From Anaeromyxobacteraceae bacterium (GTDB lineage Bacteria > Myxococcota > Myxococcia > Myxococcales > Anaeromyxobacteraceae), in the NCBI GenBank assembly GCA_032654565.1, contig JAULAX010000015.1:544001-608000 (forward strand): a stretch of DNA of 64,000 nt, given 5' to 3'. Below, piece by piece: positions 1-13,492 of the stretch. Positions within the stretch are counted from its first letter, which is position 1. Each line of letters opens with the position of its first letter. The notes beneath the pieces are model-generated. The model was not told where the DNA came from. It saw nothing but the letters and a program-made list of their open reading frames with translations, and made no database searches. Both the position numbers and the translations under genes were made by a program.

Positions 1-1
1 C

Positions 2-634
2 AAGGGTGACCAGGGTCCTGCCGGTCCTGCCGGTCCGGCCGGAGCCACCGGTCCCCAGGGCATCGCTGGAACCGCAGGAGCTCCGGGGGCCGACGGGGCC
101 CCGGGACCGCAAGGCAACCCTGGAACCGCAGGAGCTCCGGGGGCGGACGGGGCCCCGGGACCCCAAGGCACCCCCGGAACAGCAGGTACTCCAGGAGCGG
201 ATGGGGCCCCGGGACCGCAGGGACCGTCTGGCGTGGTCCGGGTGCTCCGGCAGTTCGGCACCTTCCAGACCATCATCCCGGCCCTCGGCTCGCCGATCAC
301 CATCTGCAAGACGGCCCCATACGTGGCCGGCGCCGGGGAGACCGCGGTGATCCGGGCCCAGGTGAACTGCCCGGTCCTGGTGAACCAGGGGCTCTACTTC
401 GCCGCGGCCCAGTCGACCAACGCCGGGCCTGACTTCCCCGTCGGGGCCTCCTGGGCGGTCACCAACAACACGCCGAACAACGCCTGGCACGTGACCGGGC
501 AGGACCAGGTGTTCCTGCTGGGGGCGGGCGCCAGCTACACCTTCTCCATGCTGCTCTCCAACAACTCGCCCAGCCCCTACCCGAGTGAGGTCTTCTGCGG
601 CTGCAGCACCGTGGTCCAGGTGGTGCGGGAGTAG
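2..634 (+). CDS. Collagen-like (Gly-X-Y repeat) protein with C-terminal globular domain; 5' end lies outside the window
   Basis: Frame 2 reads [38 protein letters not shown]... without a stop into the 233..634 ORF ([12 protein letters not shown]...VVRE*). Confidence 0.85.
   Translation, partial: KGDQGPAGPAGPAGATGPQGIAGTAGAPGADGAPGPQGNPGTAGAPGADGAPGPQGTPGTAGTPGADGAPGPQGPSGVVRVLRQFGTFQTIIPALGSPITICKTAPYVAGAGETAVIRAQVNCPVLVNQGLYFAAAQSTNAGPDFPVGASWAVTNNTPNNAWHVTGQDQVFLLGAGASYTFSMLLSNNSPSPYPSEVFCGCSTVVQVVRE
67..228 (+). repeat. Three tandem ~54-bp repeats encoding GTAG(A/T)[13 protein letters not shown]
   Basis: (t/c)ggaac(c/a)gcagg..ctcc recurs at 67, 121 and 175 (period 54). Confidence 0.85.
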
Positions 635-672
635 GCGGACCCCGGGGGCGCCGCCACCGCGCCGACCCAGCG

Positions 673-702
673 CCGGGCGGACGCCAGTCGTCGTTCGCCC
701 GG
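673..702. terminator. Hairpin between convergent genes
   Basis: ccgggcggacg-N8-cgttcgcccgg, an 11-bp stem with one G-U pair; no clear U-tract. Confidence 0.4.
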
Positions 703-732
703 GGTGGGAGCCAGAGCGGGCTTCGTGACGCC

Positions 733-2301
733 TCAGCCCCGCGCGAACAGCGCCGTCGGCCCCGAGCCCTCGGCGCGGGCCCGGCCGCTGGCGGCCAGGT
801 GCTCGAGCAGCAGGAAGACCGGCTCGACGTCGTCGCCGGCCCCGGCCGCCGCCGCCACCGCCGCGGCCGGGCGCGGCTCGGCGGTGAGCGCCGCCAGCAC
901 CTTCCCCTGCAGCGCCAGCACCGTCGCCGCCGCCTTCTTGCCGGCCTCGACGCCGGGCTGGTGGTAGGCGTTGACGCCGACCAGCAGCGCGTAGAGCCCC
1001 ACCGCCCGCTCGAAGAGGGCGATCAGCGCCCCCACGGTCCGGGCGTCCACCCGGGTGACGGTGAGCGTCAGCGAGGCCCGGTCGTTCCCGGCCAGGGCGG
1101 CGCGGGTCCCCAGCAGGAGGCCGTGCAGGTAGTCGCCGGCGGTCACCCCCGGCTCCACCTCCAGCGGCGCGCCGCCAGGCTCCAGCACCCGCACGAAGGC
1201 GGCGAAGAAGTCGGGGACGCCGTCGCGCAGCTGCTGCACGTAGGCGTGCTGGTCGGTGGAGCCCTTGTTGCCGTAGACGGTGAGCCCCTGGTCGACGCGG
1301 TGGCCCTGCAGGTCGAGCCGCTTGCCGATCGACTCCATGACCAGCTGCTGCAGGTAGCGGGAGAGGAGCAGCAGCGAGTCCTTGTAGGGGAGCACCACCA
1401 TGGCCTTGTCGCCGATGCCGCCGGTGGCCTGGTACCAGCAGAGGGCCATCAGCGCCGCCGGGTTGGCCAGCGCGTCGGCCACCCGGGTGGCCTGGTCCAT
1501 GGCGGCGGCGCCGGCTAGCAGCCCGTCGATGTCGATCCCCTGCAGCGCCGCGGGGAGCAGCCCCACCGCCGAGAGCTCGCTGGTCCGCCCGCCGATCCAG
1601 TCCCACATGGGGAAGCGGGCCAGCCACTCGGCCGCCTCGGCGCGCCGGTCGAGCGCCGAGCCGGCCTGGGTGATGGCCACGGCGTGGCGCGCGAAGGGGA
1701 GCCCGGCGGCGGCGAAGGCCGCCTCCACCGCCAGCATGCCGTTGCGGGTCTCCGGGGTGCCGCCGCTCTTGGAGGTGACCACCACCAGCGTCTCGCCGAG
1801 GGCCGGCCCGAGCCGGGCCAGCACCCGGGCGAAGCCGTCGGGGTCGGTGTTGTCGAGGAACCACGGGGTGAGCCGGTCGCGCCCCGGGTCGCCCAGGGCG
1901 TCGGCCACGAACATGGGACCGAGCGAGGAGCCGCCGATGCCGACGCAGAGCAGCTGGGTGAAGCGGGGCGCCTGGCCCGGCCGCACCCGGCCGGCGTGGA
2001 CGTCGGCGGTGAAGCGCCGCACGTCGAGGAGCGCTCCCTCGATGGCGCCGCGCAGCTCGACGCGCGGAGCCAGCGCCGGGTCGCGCAGCCAGTAGTGGCC
2101 GACCATGCGCTGCTCGTCGGGGTTGGCGATGGCGCCACCCTCCAGCGCCGCCATGGCGGCGAAGGCCTGGGCCAGGGGGCCGGCCAGCCGGTCGAGGAAG
2201 GGCTGGTCGAGCCCCATCAGGCTGGCGTCGAGCGAGAAGCCCAGCCCGGGCAGGTCGCTGCGGTAGCGGAGGAAGCGTTCCCAGTGTTCGGAGCCGGTCA
2301 T
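733..2301 (-). CDS. pgi: Glucose-6-phosphate isomerase
   Basis: Motifs [50 protein letters not shown]. Confidence 0.95.
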   Translation of the reverse strand: MTGSEHWERFLRYRSDLPGLGFSLDASLMGLDQPFLDRLAGPLAQAFAAMAALEGGAIANPDEQRMVGHYWLRDPALAPRVELRGAIEGALLDVRRFTADVHAGRVRPGQAPRFTQLLCVGIGGSSLGPMFVADALGDPGRDRLTPWFLDNTDPDGFARVLARLGPALGETLVVVTSKSGGTPETRNGMLAVEAAFAAAGLPFARHAVAITQAGSALDRRAEAAEWLARFPMWDWIGGRTSELSAVGLLPAALQGIDIDGLLAGAAAMDQATRVADALANPAALMALCWYQATGGIGDKAMVVLPYKDSLLLLSRYLQQLVMESIGKRLDLQGHRVDQGLTVYGNKGSTDQHAYVQQLRDGVPDFFAAFVRVLEPGGAPLEVEPGVTAGDYLHGLLLGTRAALAGNDRASLTLTVTRVDARTVGALIALFERAVGLYALLVGVNAYHQPGVEAGKKAAATVLALQGKVLAALTAEPRPAAAVAAAAGAGDDVEPVFLLLEHLAASGRARAEGSGPTALFARG

Positions 2302-2311
2302 GCCGGTCAGT

Positions 2312-3555
2312 CTAGCCCGGCGCCTTCACCCACGCCGCCGCGAAGAACCCGTCGGTGCCGTGCCGGTGGGGGAGGGTGCGCAGGAAGCCATCGGCGCCGA
2401 GCACCGCCGCCGGCGCCGCCGGTGGGGTCCGCCGCCAGCCCGGCGCGGTCGCCTCGAAGGCCAGCGCCACCGCCTCGTCCTCCTCCCGGCGGAAGGTGCA
2501 GGTGGCGTAGACCAGCCGGCCGCCGGGCCGGACCGCCGCGGCCGCCTCGCGGAGCAGGGAGAGCTGCAGGGCGGGCAACGCCGCGAAGCCGGCCGGGTCG
2601 ATGCGCCAGCGCTGGTCGGGGCCACGCCGCAGCGCCCCCAGCTCGGAGCAGGGGGCGTCCACCAGCGCCCCGTCCACCCGCAGCCCCGGCGGCGGCGCCG
2701 CGCCGCGCGGCTCGACGATGGCGGCGGCCCCGGCCCGGGCGGCCCGCTCCGCCAGCCGCACCAGCCGCCCGGCGTCGAGGTCGCAGGCCAGCACCCGGCC
2801 CCCCGGCCCCACCGCGGCCGCCAGCGCCAGCGCCTTGCCACCCGCCCCGGCGCAGCGATCCAGCACCCGGTCGCCGGGGCCGGCCCCCAGCGCCAGCGCC
2901 AGCAGCTGGCTCCCCTCGTCCTGCACCTCGAAGCGGCCGGAGCGCCAGGCAAAGAGGCCGCGGATGTTCACGCGCGGTGAGGTGACCAGCAGCCCGTCGG
3001 GGGCCAGCGGCGCCGGGCGGGTCGGCACCCCCTCGGCGAGCAGCGCCGCCGCCAGCGCCTCGCGGTCCCCGCGCAGCCGGTTGGCTCGCAGCGCCACCGG
3101 GCCGGGGAGGTTGAGGGCGTCGGCCAGCGCCCCGGCCTGGTCGCCGGCGGCGGCCCGCAGCTCCGCGGCCAGCCAGTCGGGGAGCGAGGCCCGGTCGGCC
3201 AGCCCGGTCGGCGCCGGGCCGGGCGGCGGCAGGGCGTCGTCGGCGAGGCCGGCCAGCGCGGCGGCGTCGTCCCGGCCGGCCAGGTCGCGCAGCAGCAGCG
3301 CCAGCAGCAGCCTCGGCGTGCCCGGGGCGCCGCCCAGGGCGCAGCGCAGGCGGCGGCGCCAGAGCCCGACGCCGAAGATGGCCTCGGCGCAGGCGGCCCG
3401 CCCCGGGGCCTCGAGCTGGCGGTGGGCGCGCAGGAACCGGTCGAGGACCCGCTCGGCGGCCCCTCCGGCCAGCACCTCGGCCAGCGCCGGCTCCAGCGCC
3501 GCCGCCAGCCCGGCCAGCGCCTCGAAGGGCACCTCGCCGAGCCGGGACGGCCCGT

Positions 3556-3559
<4 letters not shown>
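2312..3559 (-). CDS. RsmB/NOP2-family RNA m5C methyltransferase
   Basis: [42 protein letters not shown]. Confidence 0.9.
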
Positions 3560-5322
<1,763 letters not shown>

Positions 5323-5386
5323 AGCAGGCTGCCACGGCCTCGGCGTGAAGGTGCGCACCGGCGGGCGGCGGGGGTAGCATGGCGGC

Positions 5387-5866
5387 GTGTCGATCCTGCT
5401 CTACGCCCTCGGGGTGCTGGCGCTGCTGGCCGGGCTGGCCGGCGTGGTGCTCCCGGTGCTGCCGGGGGCGCTGGCGCTCTGGGGCGGCGTCTGGCTGGTC
5501 GCCTGGGCCGGCGACTTCCAGCGGGTGGGGGCGGCGACCCTCACCGTCACCGGGGTGCTGGCGCTGCTCATCGTGGCGGCCGACTGGGCGGCCACCGCGC
5601 TCGGCGCCAAGGCCTTCGGGGCCTCGCGCTGGGCGGTGGCGGGGGCCACCCTGGGGCTGCTGGTCGGTCTCTTCCTGGGGCCGGTCGGCATCCTGCTCGG
5701 GCCGGTGGTGGGGGCGGTGGCCTTCGAGCTCTGGAAGGATCCCAACCTGGAGAAGGCGCTCGGGGCCGGCGTGGGGACGCTGGTCGGCTTCCTGGTGGGG
5801 AGCGTGGTCAAGGTGATCCTGGCCTTCCTGCTCCTCGGGGCTCTCCTCATCGGCCTGCTGCTCTGA
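5387..5866 (+). CDS. DUF456-like membrane protein
   Basis: Hydrophobic; LPVLPG, GAKAFGAS, GILLGPVVGA..FEL pattern. Confidence 0.8.
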   Translation: MSILLYALGVLALLAGLAGVVLPVLPGALALWGGVWLVAWAGDFQRVGAATLTVTGVLALLIVAADWAATALGAKAFGASRWAVAGATLGLLVGLFLGPVGILLGPVVGAVAFELWKDPNLEKALGAGVGTLVGFLVGSVVKVILAFLLLGALLIGLLL

Positions 5867-5966
5867 CTCAAGCCTCGCCCGGATGCGGCGTGGCGGGGCC
5901 GCGGCCTCCGCCCGAGCAGGCGGCGGGCTTGCGCCGGGCGCCGCGACCGGGCACAAGGTCCACCCC

Positions 5967-6854
5967 GTGTCACCCCGCGTCCTGCTGGTCTACGTCGGCA
6001 TCTGCGTCCTCTGGGGCTCCACCTGGCTGGCGGCCAAGCTGGGGCTCGAGGACCTGCCGCCGCTGCGCCTGGTGGCGGCGCGGATGGTCCTCTCCACCCT
6101 GCTGCTCCTGCCGCTGGCGCTGCGCGGCGGGGTGGCCCGGCTCAAGCCCCGCGAGTGGCGCTGGGTGCTGCTCATCGGCCTGCTGCAGGTGACCATCCCC
6201 TACGCGCTCATGTTCGTGGGCCAGACCATGGTCCCCTCGGCGCTGGCGGCCATCCTCTTCTGCACCTTCCCCATCTGGCTGGTGCTGCTGGGCTGGTGGC
6301 TGGTGCCGGGCGAGCGGCTCACCTGGAACAAGGCGCTGCTGTCGCTGGTGGGGGTGGCCGGCGTGGTGGTGCTGCACCTCGGCGCCCGGGCGGCCGATCC
6401 CGGCGGGGGGCGGCTGGGGCTGGGGGCGCTGCTCATCACCGCCGGCGCCGCCTCCTGCGCCCTGGCCAACGCCCTGGTCCGCCGCCGCGGCCTGCACCAC
6501 ACCCCGGCGGTGATGACCTTCGTGCAGACGCTGGGGGCCAGCCTGGTGCTCTCGGCGGCGGCCCTGGCGCTGGAGGGGGGCGTGCCCGGCGCCTGGACGG
6601 CGCGGGCGCTCGGCTCGATCGGCTACCTGGCGCTGGGGGGGACGGTGCTCACCTACGTGGGCCTCTACTGGCTGCTGCCGCGCATCTCGCTGGTGGCGGT
6701 CGGCACCATCCCGCTGGTGGACACCACCGTGGCCCTGACCCTGGGGACGCTGGTGGCCGGGGAGCGGCTCACCCTGCCCATGCTGGGCGGCGCGGCGCTG
6801 GTGCTGCTGGCCGCCGCGCTCTCCATCACCCGCCCGGCGGCGCCGGGGGCGTAG
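5967..6854 (+). CDS. EamA/DMT family transporter
   Basis: LWGSTW, ~10 TM segments, GERLT twice; GTG start at 5967 preferred. Confidence 0.88.
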   Translation: MSPRVLLVYVGICVLWGSTWLAAKLGLEDLPPLRLVAARMVLSTLLLLPLALRGGVARLKPREWRWVLLIGLLQVTIPYALMFVGQTMVPSALAAILFCTFPIWLVLLGWWLVPGERLTWNKALLSLVGVAGVVVLHLGARAADPGGGRLGLGALLITAGAASCALANALVRRRGLHHTPAVMTFVQTLGASLVLSAAALALEGGVPGAWTARALGSIGYLALGGTVLTYVGLYWLLPRISLVAVGTIPLVDTTVALTLGTLVAGERLTLPMLGGAALVLLAAALSITRPAAPGA

Positions 6855-6887
6855 CCGGCCGGGCCGCGCTGCGGTAGAGGAGGGGGC

Positions 6888-7610
6888 GTGAAGCCCTGGG
6901 AGACCATCGAGAAGGCGCTGGCGCCGGACGGCACCGAGATGGTGCTGGCCCACCGCGACGGCGAGTGGGTGGTCCGCTACGGCGGCAAGGTGCTGATGTC
7001 GAGCCGGCAGCACGGCTCGGAGGACGCCCTGGCCGAGCTGGCGCTCAAGAAGGCCCGCCACCGCCGGGCCGTGCTGGTGGGCGGCCTGGGGCTGGGGTTC
7101 ACGGCGCGCGCCGCGCTGGAGCGGATCCCCACCGACGCGAAGGTGGTGGTGGCCGAGCTGACCCCGGCGCTGCTCGACTGGAACCGGCGGCTGGTGGGCA
7201 AGCTGGCCGGCCGGCCGCTCGACGACCCGCGCTGCAAGGTCCACGTCGGCGACGTCATGGACCGGATCGCCGAGGCGCGGGGCGCCTACGACGCCGTCCT
7301 GCTCGACGTCGACAACGGCCCGGGCTCGATGGTCCACGAGGCCAACCACCGCATCTACGGGGACCGCGGCGTGGCCGCCTGCCGGGCGGCGCTGGCCGAG
7401 GGCGGGGTGCTGGCGGTCTGGAGCGCCCACCACGACGAGCCCTACCTGCGCCGCCTGGAGAAGGGCGGCTTCACCGCCACGGCGCGGGTGGTGCCGGCGC
7501 GCGGGGCCGCCGGCGGGCTCAAGCACGTGCTCTTCATCGCGGTCAACGCCCCCCCGGCGCGGCGGCGCGGCGGCGGACGGCCCCGGGGGCGCACCGGGCC
7601 GCGGAGCTGA
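6888..7610 (+). CDS. Spermidine-synthase-like SAM-dependent transferase
   Basis: LMSSRQHGSE, VLVGGLGLGFT, LLDVDNGP, GGVLAVWS. Confidence 0.8.
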   Translation: MKPWETIEKALAPDGTEMVLAHRDGEWVVRYGGKVLMSSRQHGSEDALAELALKKARHRRAVLVGGLGLGFTARAALERIPTDAKVVVAELTPALLDWNRRLVGKLAGRPLDDPRCKVHVGDVMDRIAEARGAYDAVLLDVDNGPGSMVHEANHRIYGDRGVAACRAALAEGGVLAVWSAHHDEPYLRRLEKGGFTATARVVPARGAAGGLKHVLFIAVNAPPARRRGGGRPRGRTGPRS

Positions 7611-7722
7611 TGGGCGCCGCGGTCCAGCGGGTCTCGCCGCACCGCCCCACCGGGGCCGGGACCCTCACCCCCCGCGCCGCCGGCTTGACCTCGGCGTCGC
7701 CGGCGTGCGAGATCGCGCCCCC

Positions 7723-9357
<1,635 letters not shown>

Positions 9358-9379
9358 GGGGGCCTGGTCGGTCCACGCA

Positions 9380-9518
9380 GGCCTCGCGACGGGAGGCCGC
9401 CGGACGGGCGCGAGCGTCGCAGCCCCAGGCATGATCGCCGGATCGGACCGGCACCTGGCGAGACGGCGCGCCGGAGGCGCGGCGAGCGACCCGGACCGGC
9501 GGCGCCCGTCGTGAGGCC
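9380..9518. repeat. Long imperfect inverted repeat between convergent genes
   Basis: ggcctcgcgacggg (9380-9393) vs cccgtcgtgaggcc (9505-9518), 13/14 match, with further inner pairing. Confidence 0.55.
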
Positions 9519-9523
9519 GAGGA

Positions 9524-11479
9524 TCACGCCGGTGGCAGCGGCGGCGGGCGGCCGATGGCCAGGGCGTCGGCCACCGCCCGCAGCACCTCCACCTCGCCCG
9601 CGGTGAGGACGCCGTCGGCGGCGGCGCTGGCCTCGCAGGCGCGCAGCACCCGGGCCCGGAGCTCGAAGGGGGTCGCCTCCAGCAGCGCCAGCACCTGGTC
9701 GAGCCGCTCGAACTTGAGCTCGCTGGCGGCGGGGAGGCGCCAGCTCCCTCCCAGCCCCAGGGCGGCGACGCCGGCGTCGAGCGCCGCCTGGGCCGCGGCC
9801 TCGTCGGCGGTGCCCACCCGGGCCAGCAGCCCGAGCAGCTCGCGGCACTCCACCGCCACCTGGTCCACGGTGAAGGCGCGCGGCCGGGCCGGGCGGCCGG
9901 AGGTGCCGAGCCGGGCCAGGCGGCGGGCCACCACCCGCAGGTAGACCCACTCGGTGACCGAGAGCCGGCCGTCGGCCTCGGCCAGCCTGCGCAGGTCGGC
10001 CTGCAGGGCGTCGCGCTGCGGCGCGGAGAGGGCGCCCAGCGCCGGCAGCGACAGGTCGAGCAGCGCCAGCCGGGCGGACCGGTCGACCGCGGCCAGGTGC
10101 GGCGCCAGCCGGGCCACCTCGCAGGCCTCCGGCCCGTCGCCGAGCAGGGCCAGCTGCCGGGCGCGGATCTCGGCGCGGGGGTCGAGCAGCACGGCGCAGC
10201 AGAGGGCGCGGGCGCCGAAGGGCTCGCGGGCGGCGGCGGCCAGCGCGGGCGGAAGCGCCTCGAGCAGGGTGACGGCGGCGGTGAGGCGGCGCCCGGCCGG
10301 AGGCGCGGTCGGCGGCGTGGCGGGGCGGGTGGAGGGCGCGGCCGGCGCGGCCCCGGCCAGCCCGGCCACCAGCGGCGGCACCGGCAGCGGGAGCGGAGAC
10401 CAGCCGTGCGGCGGCGCGGCGACGGCCGGCTCCGGCGCGGCGGCCGTGGGGAGGTCGGCCCGGACGAAGCTCGGCAGCGGCGTGGTCTCGCCGAGCGCCA
10501 GCAGCCGGCGGATGCGCGCCTCCGGCGGCGGGTGGTCGGCCAGCCAGCTGCGCACCCGGCCGTCGGCGAAGAGCAGGTGGCTGGCGTCCGGGGCCATGGG
10601 GCTGGCGAGGGTGGAGCCCCCGGCGACGATCTTGCCGAGCGCCCCGGCCAGCGCCGCCGGGTTGCGGGTGAACTGGGCCGAGGCGGCGTCGGCCAGGTAC
10701 TCGCGCTGCCGGGAGACCGCGGCGCGGATGAGCCGGGCGAAGAAGACGCCGATGGCCCCGGCCGCCAGGACCAGCAGGCCGATCAGGGCCACCTGCCCGC
10801 CGCCGCTCTTGTCGCGGCGGCTGCGGCTGGAGCTGCCCGCCTCCATCAGCACCCGCCCCACCAGCGCCAGCGCCGAGAGCCCGCCGGCCAGCGCCAGCAG
10901 CCGCAGGTTGAGCCGCATGTCGCCGTTCTGCACGTGGGAGAGCTCGTGGGCGATCACCCCCTGCAGCTCGTCGCGGGTGAGCCGGGTCAGGCAGCCCTCG
11001 GTGACCGCCACCACCGCCCGGTCCGGGGCGAAGCCGGCGGCGAAGGCGTTGATGCCCTCCTCGCCGCGCAGGATGTAGAGCGTCGGCACCGGCAGGCCGG
11101 CGGCGATCGACATCTCCTCCACGACGTTGCGGAGCCGCCGCTCCTCCTGGACCTCCGGCTGCAGCGCCAGCGGCTCGCCGCCCAGGGAGCGGGCCACCCC
11201 CTCGCCCCCGCCGCGGGCCAGCGACCAGAGGTGGTAGGCGGTGCCGGTCCCCACCACGATGGCGGTGAGGAAGAGCGAGCCGAGGAAGAGCTCCGGCCAC
11301 CAGAGCCCCTGGCCGGCGGAGGTGACGTCGGAGAAGGCCAGGGTGGCCAGGGTCCCGAGGTAGATGAAGGCGGCCACCCCGGGGAGGGCCAGCAGGTAGT
11401 AGAGCAGCAGCAGCGCCGTGCGCCGGCGGGCGCTGCGCTGCGCCTCGAAGAAGTCGAAGGTGGCCCGGACCACGGCCAT
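9524..11479 (-). CDS. M48/HtpX-family zinc metalloprotease with long C-terminal extension
   Basis: NVVEEMSIAAG, INAFAAG, HELSH (HExxH), SRQREYLADA, HPP..ARI. Confidence 0.9.
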   Translation of the reverse strand: MAVVRATFDFFEAQRSARRRTALLLLYYLLALPGVAAFIYLGTLATLAFSDVTSAGQGLWWPELFLGSLFLTAIVVGTGTAYHLWSLARGGGEGVARSLGGEPLALQPEVQEERRLRNVVEEMSIAAGLPVPTLYILRGEEGINAFAAGFAPDRAVVAVTEGCLTRLTRDELQGVIAHELSHVQNGDMRLNLRLLALAGGLSALALVGRVLMEAGSSSRSRRDKSGGGQVALIGLLVLAAGAIGVFFARLIRAAVSRQREYLADAASAQFTRNPAALAGALGKIVAGGSTLASPMAPDASHLLFADGRVRSWLADHPPPEARIRRLLALGETTPLPSFVRADLPTAAAPEPAVAAPPHGWSPLPLPVPPLVAGLAGAAPAAPSTRPATPPTAPPAGRRLTAAVTLLEALPPALAAAAREPFGARALCCAVLLDPRAEIRARQLALLGDGPEACEVARLAPHLAAVDRSARLALLDLSLPALGALSAPQRDALQADLRRLAEADGRLSVTEWVYLRVVARRLARLGTSGRPARPRAFTVDQVAVECRELLGLLARVGTADEAAAQAALDAGVAALGLGGSWRLPAASELKFERLDQVLALLEATPFELRARVLRACEASAAADGVLTAGEVEVLRAVADALAIGRPPPLPPA

Positions 11480-11498
11480 GGGGGAGTGGGCCCGGCGG

Positions 11499-12080
11499 CT
11501 AGAAGGAGACCTTGGTGGCTTCGCGCTCGGCGGCCACGGTGACCTCGAAGGGGGCGGCGGCGGCGAAGGAGCCGGCCAGCAGCATCCCCGGGAAGGTCTC
11601 GCGGGCGGTGTTGTAGGCCATGACCGCGTCGTTGAAGGCCTGGCGCGAGAAGGCGATGCGGTTCTCGGTGGAGGAGAGCTCCTCCATGAGCCGGGTCATG
11701 GTGACGTCGGCCTTGAGCGCCGGGTAGGCCTCGGCCACCGCCAGCAGGCGGGAGAGCGAGGCGCCCAGGGCGCCCTCGGCGCCGGCCAGGCCGCGCATGG
11801 CGGCGGGGTCGCCGGGCGAGGCGGCGGCGGCGGCGGTGGCGGTGACCGCGGCGTTGCGGGCCCGCACCACCGACTCCAGCGTCTCCCGCTCGTGCTTCAG
11901 GTAGGCCTTGGCGGTCTCCACCAGGTTGGGGATGAGGTCGTAGCGGCGCTTCAGCTGGACATCGATCTGGCTGAAGGCGTTCTTGCTGGCGTTGCGGAGC
12001 CGGACCAGGCCGTTGTACAGGCCGACGACGAAGACCACCGCCGCGACGAGCAGGGCGACGACGACGAGAAAGCCGATCAC
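11499..12080 (-). CDS. lemA: LemA family protein
   Basis: YNGLV...IDVQLKRRYDLIPNLVE, EAYPALKA, ENRIAFSRQAFN. Confidence 0.93.
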   Translation of the reverse strand: MIGFLVVVALLVAAVVFVVGLYNGLVRLRNASKNAFSQIDVQLKRRYDLIPNLVETAKAYLKHERETLESVVRARNAAVTATAAAAASPGDPAAMRGLAGAEGALGASLSRLLAVAEAYPALKADVTMTRLMEELSSTENRIAFSRQAFNDAVMAYNTARETFPGMLLAGSFAAAAPFEVTVAAEREATKVSF

Positions 12081-12191
12081 GTTGGACCTCCTGGCGCCAG
12101 GCGCGAGGCGCGCCCCGGCCGAGGGAGGATGGCACGGCGCCGGGCCCGAGGCGAGCGCGCCGCCGCCCGGTCCGCTTCCCGGGAGGGGCGG

Positions 12192-12584
12192 TCAGCGGTA
12201 GTCGGTGAGCTTGCGGCGGGGGGCGCCGAGCTTCGGGTCGTGGCCCGCCTGGCAGCCGGCGCAGCGGGTGGCCCAGGGCATGAGCCGGAGCCGCTTCACC
12301 GGGATCTCCTCCTCGCACTCCTCGCAGAGGCCGAAGTCGTCGGGCCGGGCCGCCAGGCGGCGCAGCGCCCCGTCGAGGCGGGCCAGCTGGGCGGCCTGCC
12401 CCTCGTTCCGCTTCGAGGCCAGCACCTGCATCATCTCGGAGAGGGCCTGGGCGTCCTCGTCGGCGACGCCGGTGGTGGCCGGGTCGGCGCGGTTGGGCTC
12501 GATGCGGGCGGGGCCGGCAGCCAGCAGCTGCTGGCGCAGCGACAGCAGCAGGGCGCGGTGGCGGGCGGCGGCGGCCGGGGTCAC
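12192..12584 (-). CDS. TraR/DksA C4-type zinc-finger protein
   Basis: FGLCEECEEEIPVKRLRLMPWATRCAGCQ; GTG start overlaps the upstream stop (GTGA). Confidence 0.85.
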   Translation of the reverse strand: MTPAAAARHRALLLSLRQQLLAAGPARIEPNRADPATTGVADEDAQALSEMMQVLASKRNEGQAAQLARLDGALRRLAARPDDFGLCEECEEEIPVKRLRLMPWATRCAGCQAGHDPKLGAPRRKLTDYR

Positions 12585-13267
12585 GTCAGGCCGAGGGCGG
12601 CCGGCAGCGCCGCCAGCGTGGTCAGCTCGACGTCGGGGGGATCGCCGAGCCGCTCGCGCGGCACGCCGGAGCGGTTGCACCAGGCCACCCGCAGGCCGGC
12701 GGCCTTGGCCCCCCAGGCGTCCCAGCCGTTGGCGGTGACGAAGGCCAGCTCCAGCGGCCAGACCCCGAGCCGGTCGAGCGCCAGCTTGTAGACCGAGGGG
12801 TGGGGCTTGTAGACGCCCACCGACTCGACCGAGAGGGTCTCGTCGAGCAGGTCGTCGAGGCCGGCGCTGCGGACCGCGGCCGCCAGCATGCGCGGGGCGC
12901 CGTTGGAGAGGATGGCGGTCCTGAGGTGGGCGGCCTTGATCCGGGTGAGGGCCTCGCGGGCGTCGGCGCAGGGGCCGATGCGCTCGTAGGCCTCCATGAG
13001 CCGGCGGCGCAGGTCGGGGGTGGCGATGCGCAGGGCGTCGAGCGCGTAGTCGAGCGAGTCGCCGGTCACCTGCCAGAAGTCGGCGTGGCGCCCCATCAGC
13101 GCGCGCAGCCAGGTGTACTGGAGCTGCTTCTGGCGCCAGAGCTCGGCGAGCGGGCCGGCCTTGTCGCCCAGCAGGTCGCGGGAGCGCTCCGCGGCGCTGG
13201 CCACGTCGAAGAGGGTGCCGTAGGCGTCGAAGACGACGGCGCGAACGCCGGCCAGCGGTGCCGCCAT
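12581..13267 (-). CDS. Haloacid dehalogenase, type II
   Basis: VVFDAYGTLFD, WRQKQLQYTW, ILSNG, YKPHP.VY, NGWDAWGA. Confidence 0.92.
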   Translation of the reverse strand: MAAPLAGVRAVVFDAYGTLFDVASAAERSRDLLGDKAGPLAELWRQKQLQYTWLRALMGRHADFWQVTGDSLDYALDALRIATPDLRRRLMEAYERIGPCADAREALTRIKAAHLRTAILSNGAPRMLAAAVRSAGLDDLLDETLSVESVGVYKPHPSVYKLALDRLGVWPLELAFVTANGWDAWGAKAAGLRVAWCNRSGVPRERLGDPPDVELTTLAALPAALGLT

Positions 13268-13457
13268 GAGTCGCCTCCAGGGGAGCGGTGGTGGAGCAGT
13301 CTACCCCGTCGGCGCGCGGACGGAAGGTCCGCGGTGATCGGCGGGGAGGTCGGCGGCCGACCCGGGGGTCCGGCCGGCACGCCCCACCATGGGCGCCGTC
13401 GATCCCGCCGTGATGGCGAGGGGTTGCGAGGCCGGCGCCAGGGAGGCGGCCGGCGAC

Positions 13458-13486
13458 TTTCCAAGTCGATTCGAAGGGCGTACCGT
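13458..13486 (+). promoter_or_regulatory. Candidate sigma70 promoter pointing into a gene-free structured region
   Basis: TTTCCA (13458-63), 17 bp spacer, TACCGT (13481-86) in a locally AT-richer patch. Confidence 0.5.
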
Positions 13487-13492
13487 TTTCCC

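Noticed and set aside
67..228. Periodic repeats as a CRISPR array
   Set aside because: In-frame collagen coding repeats without unique spacers; no cas genes.
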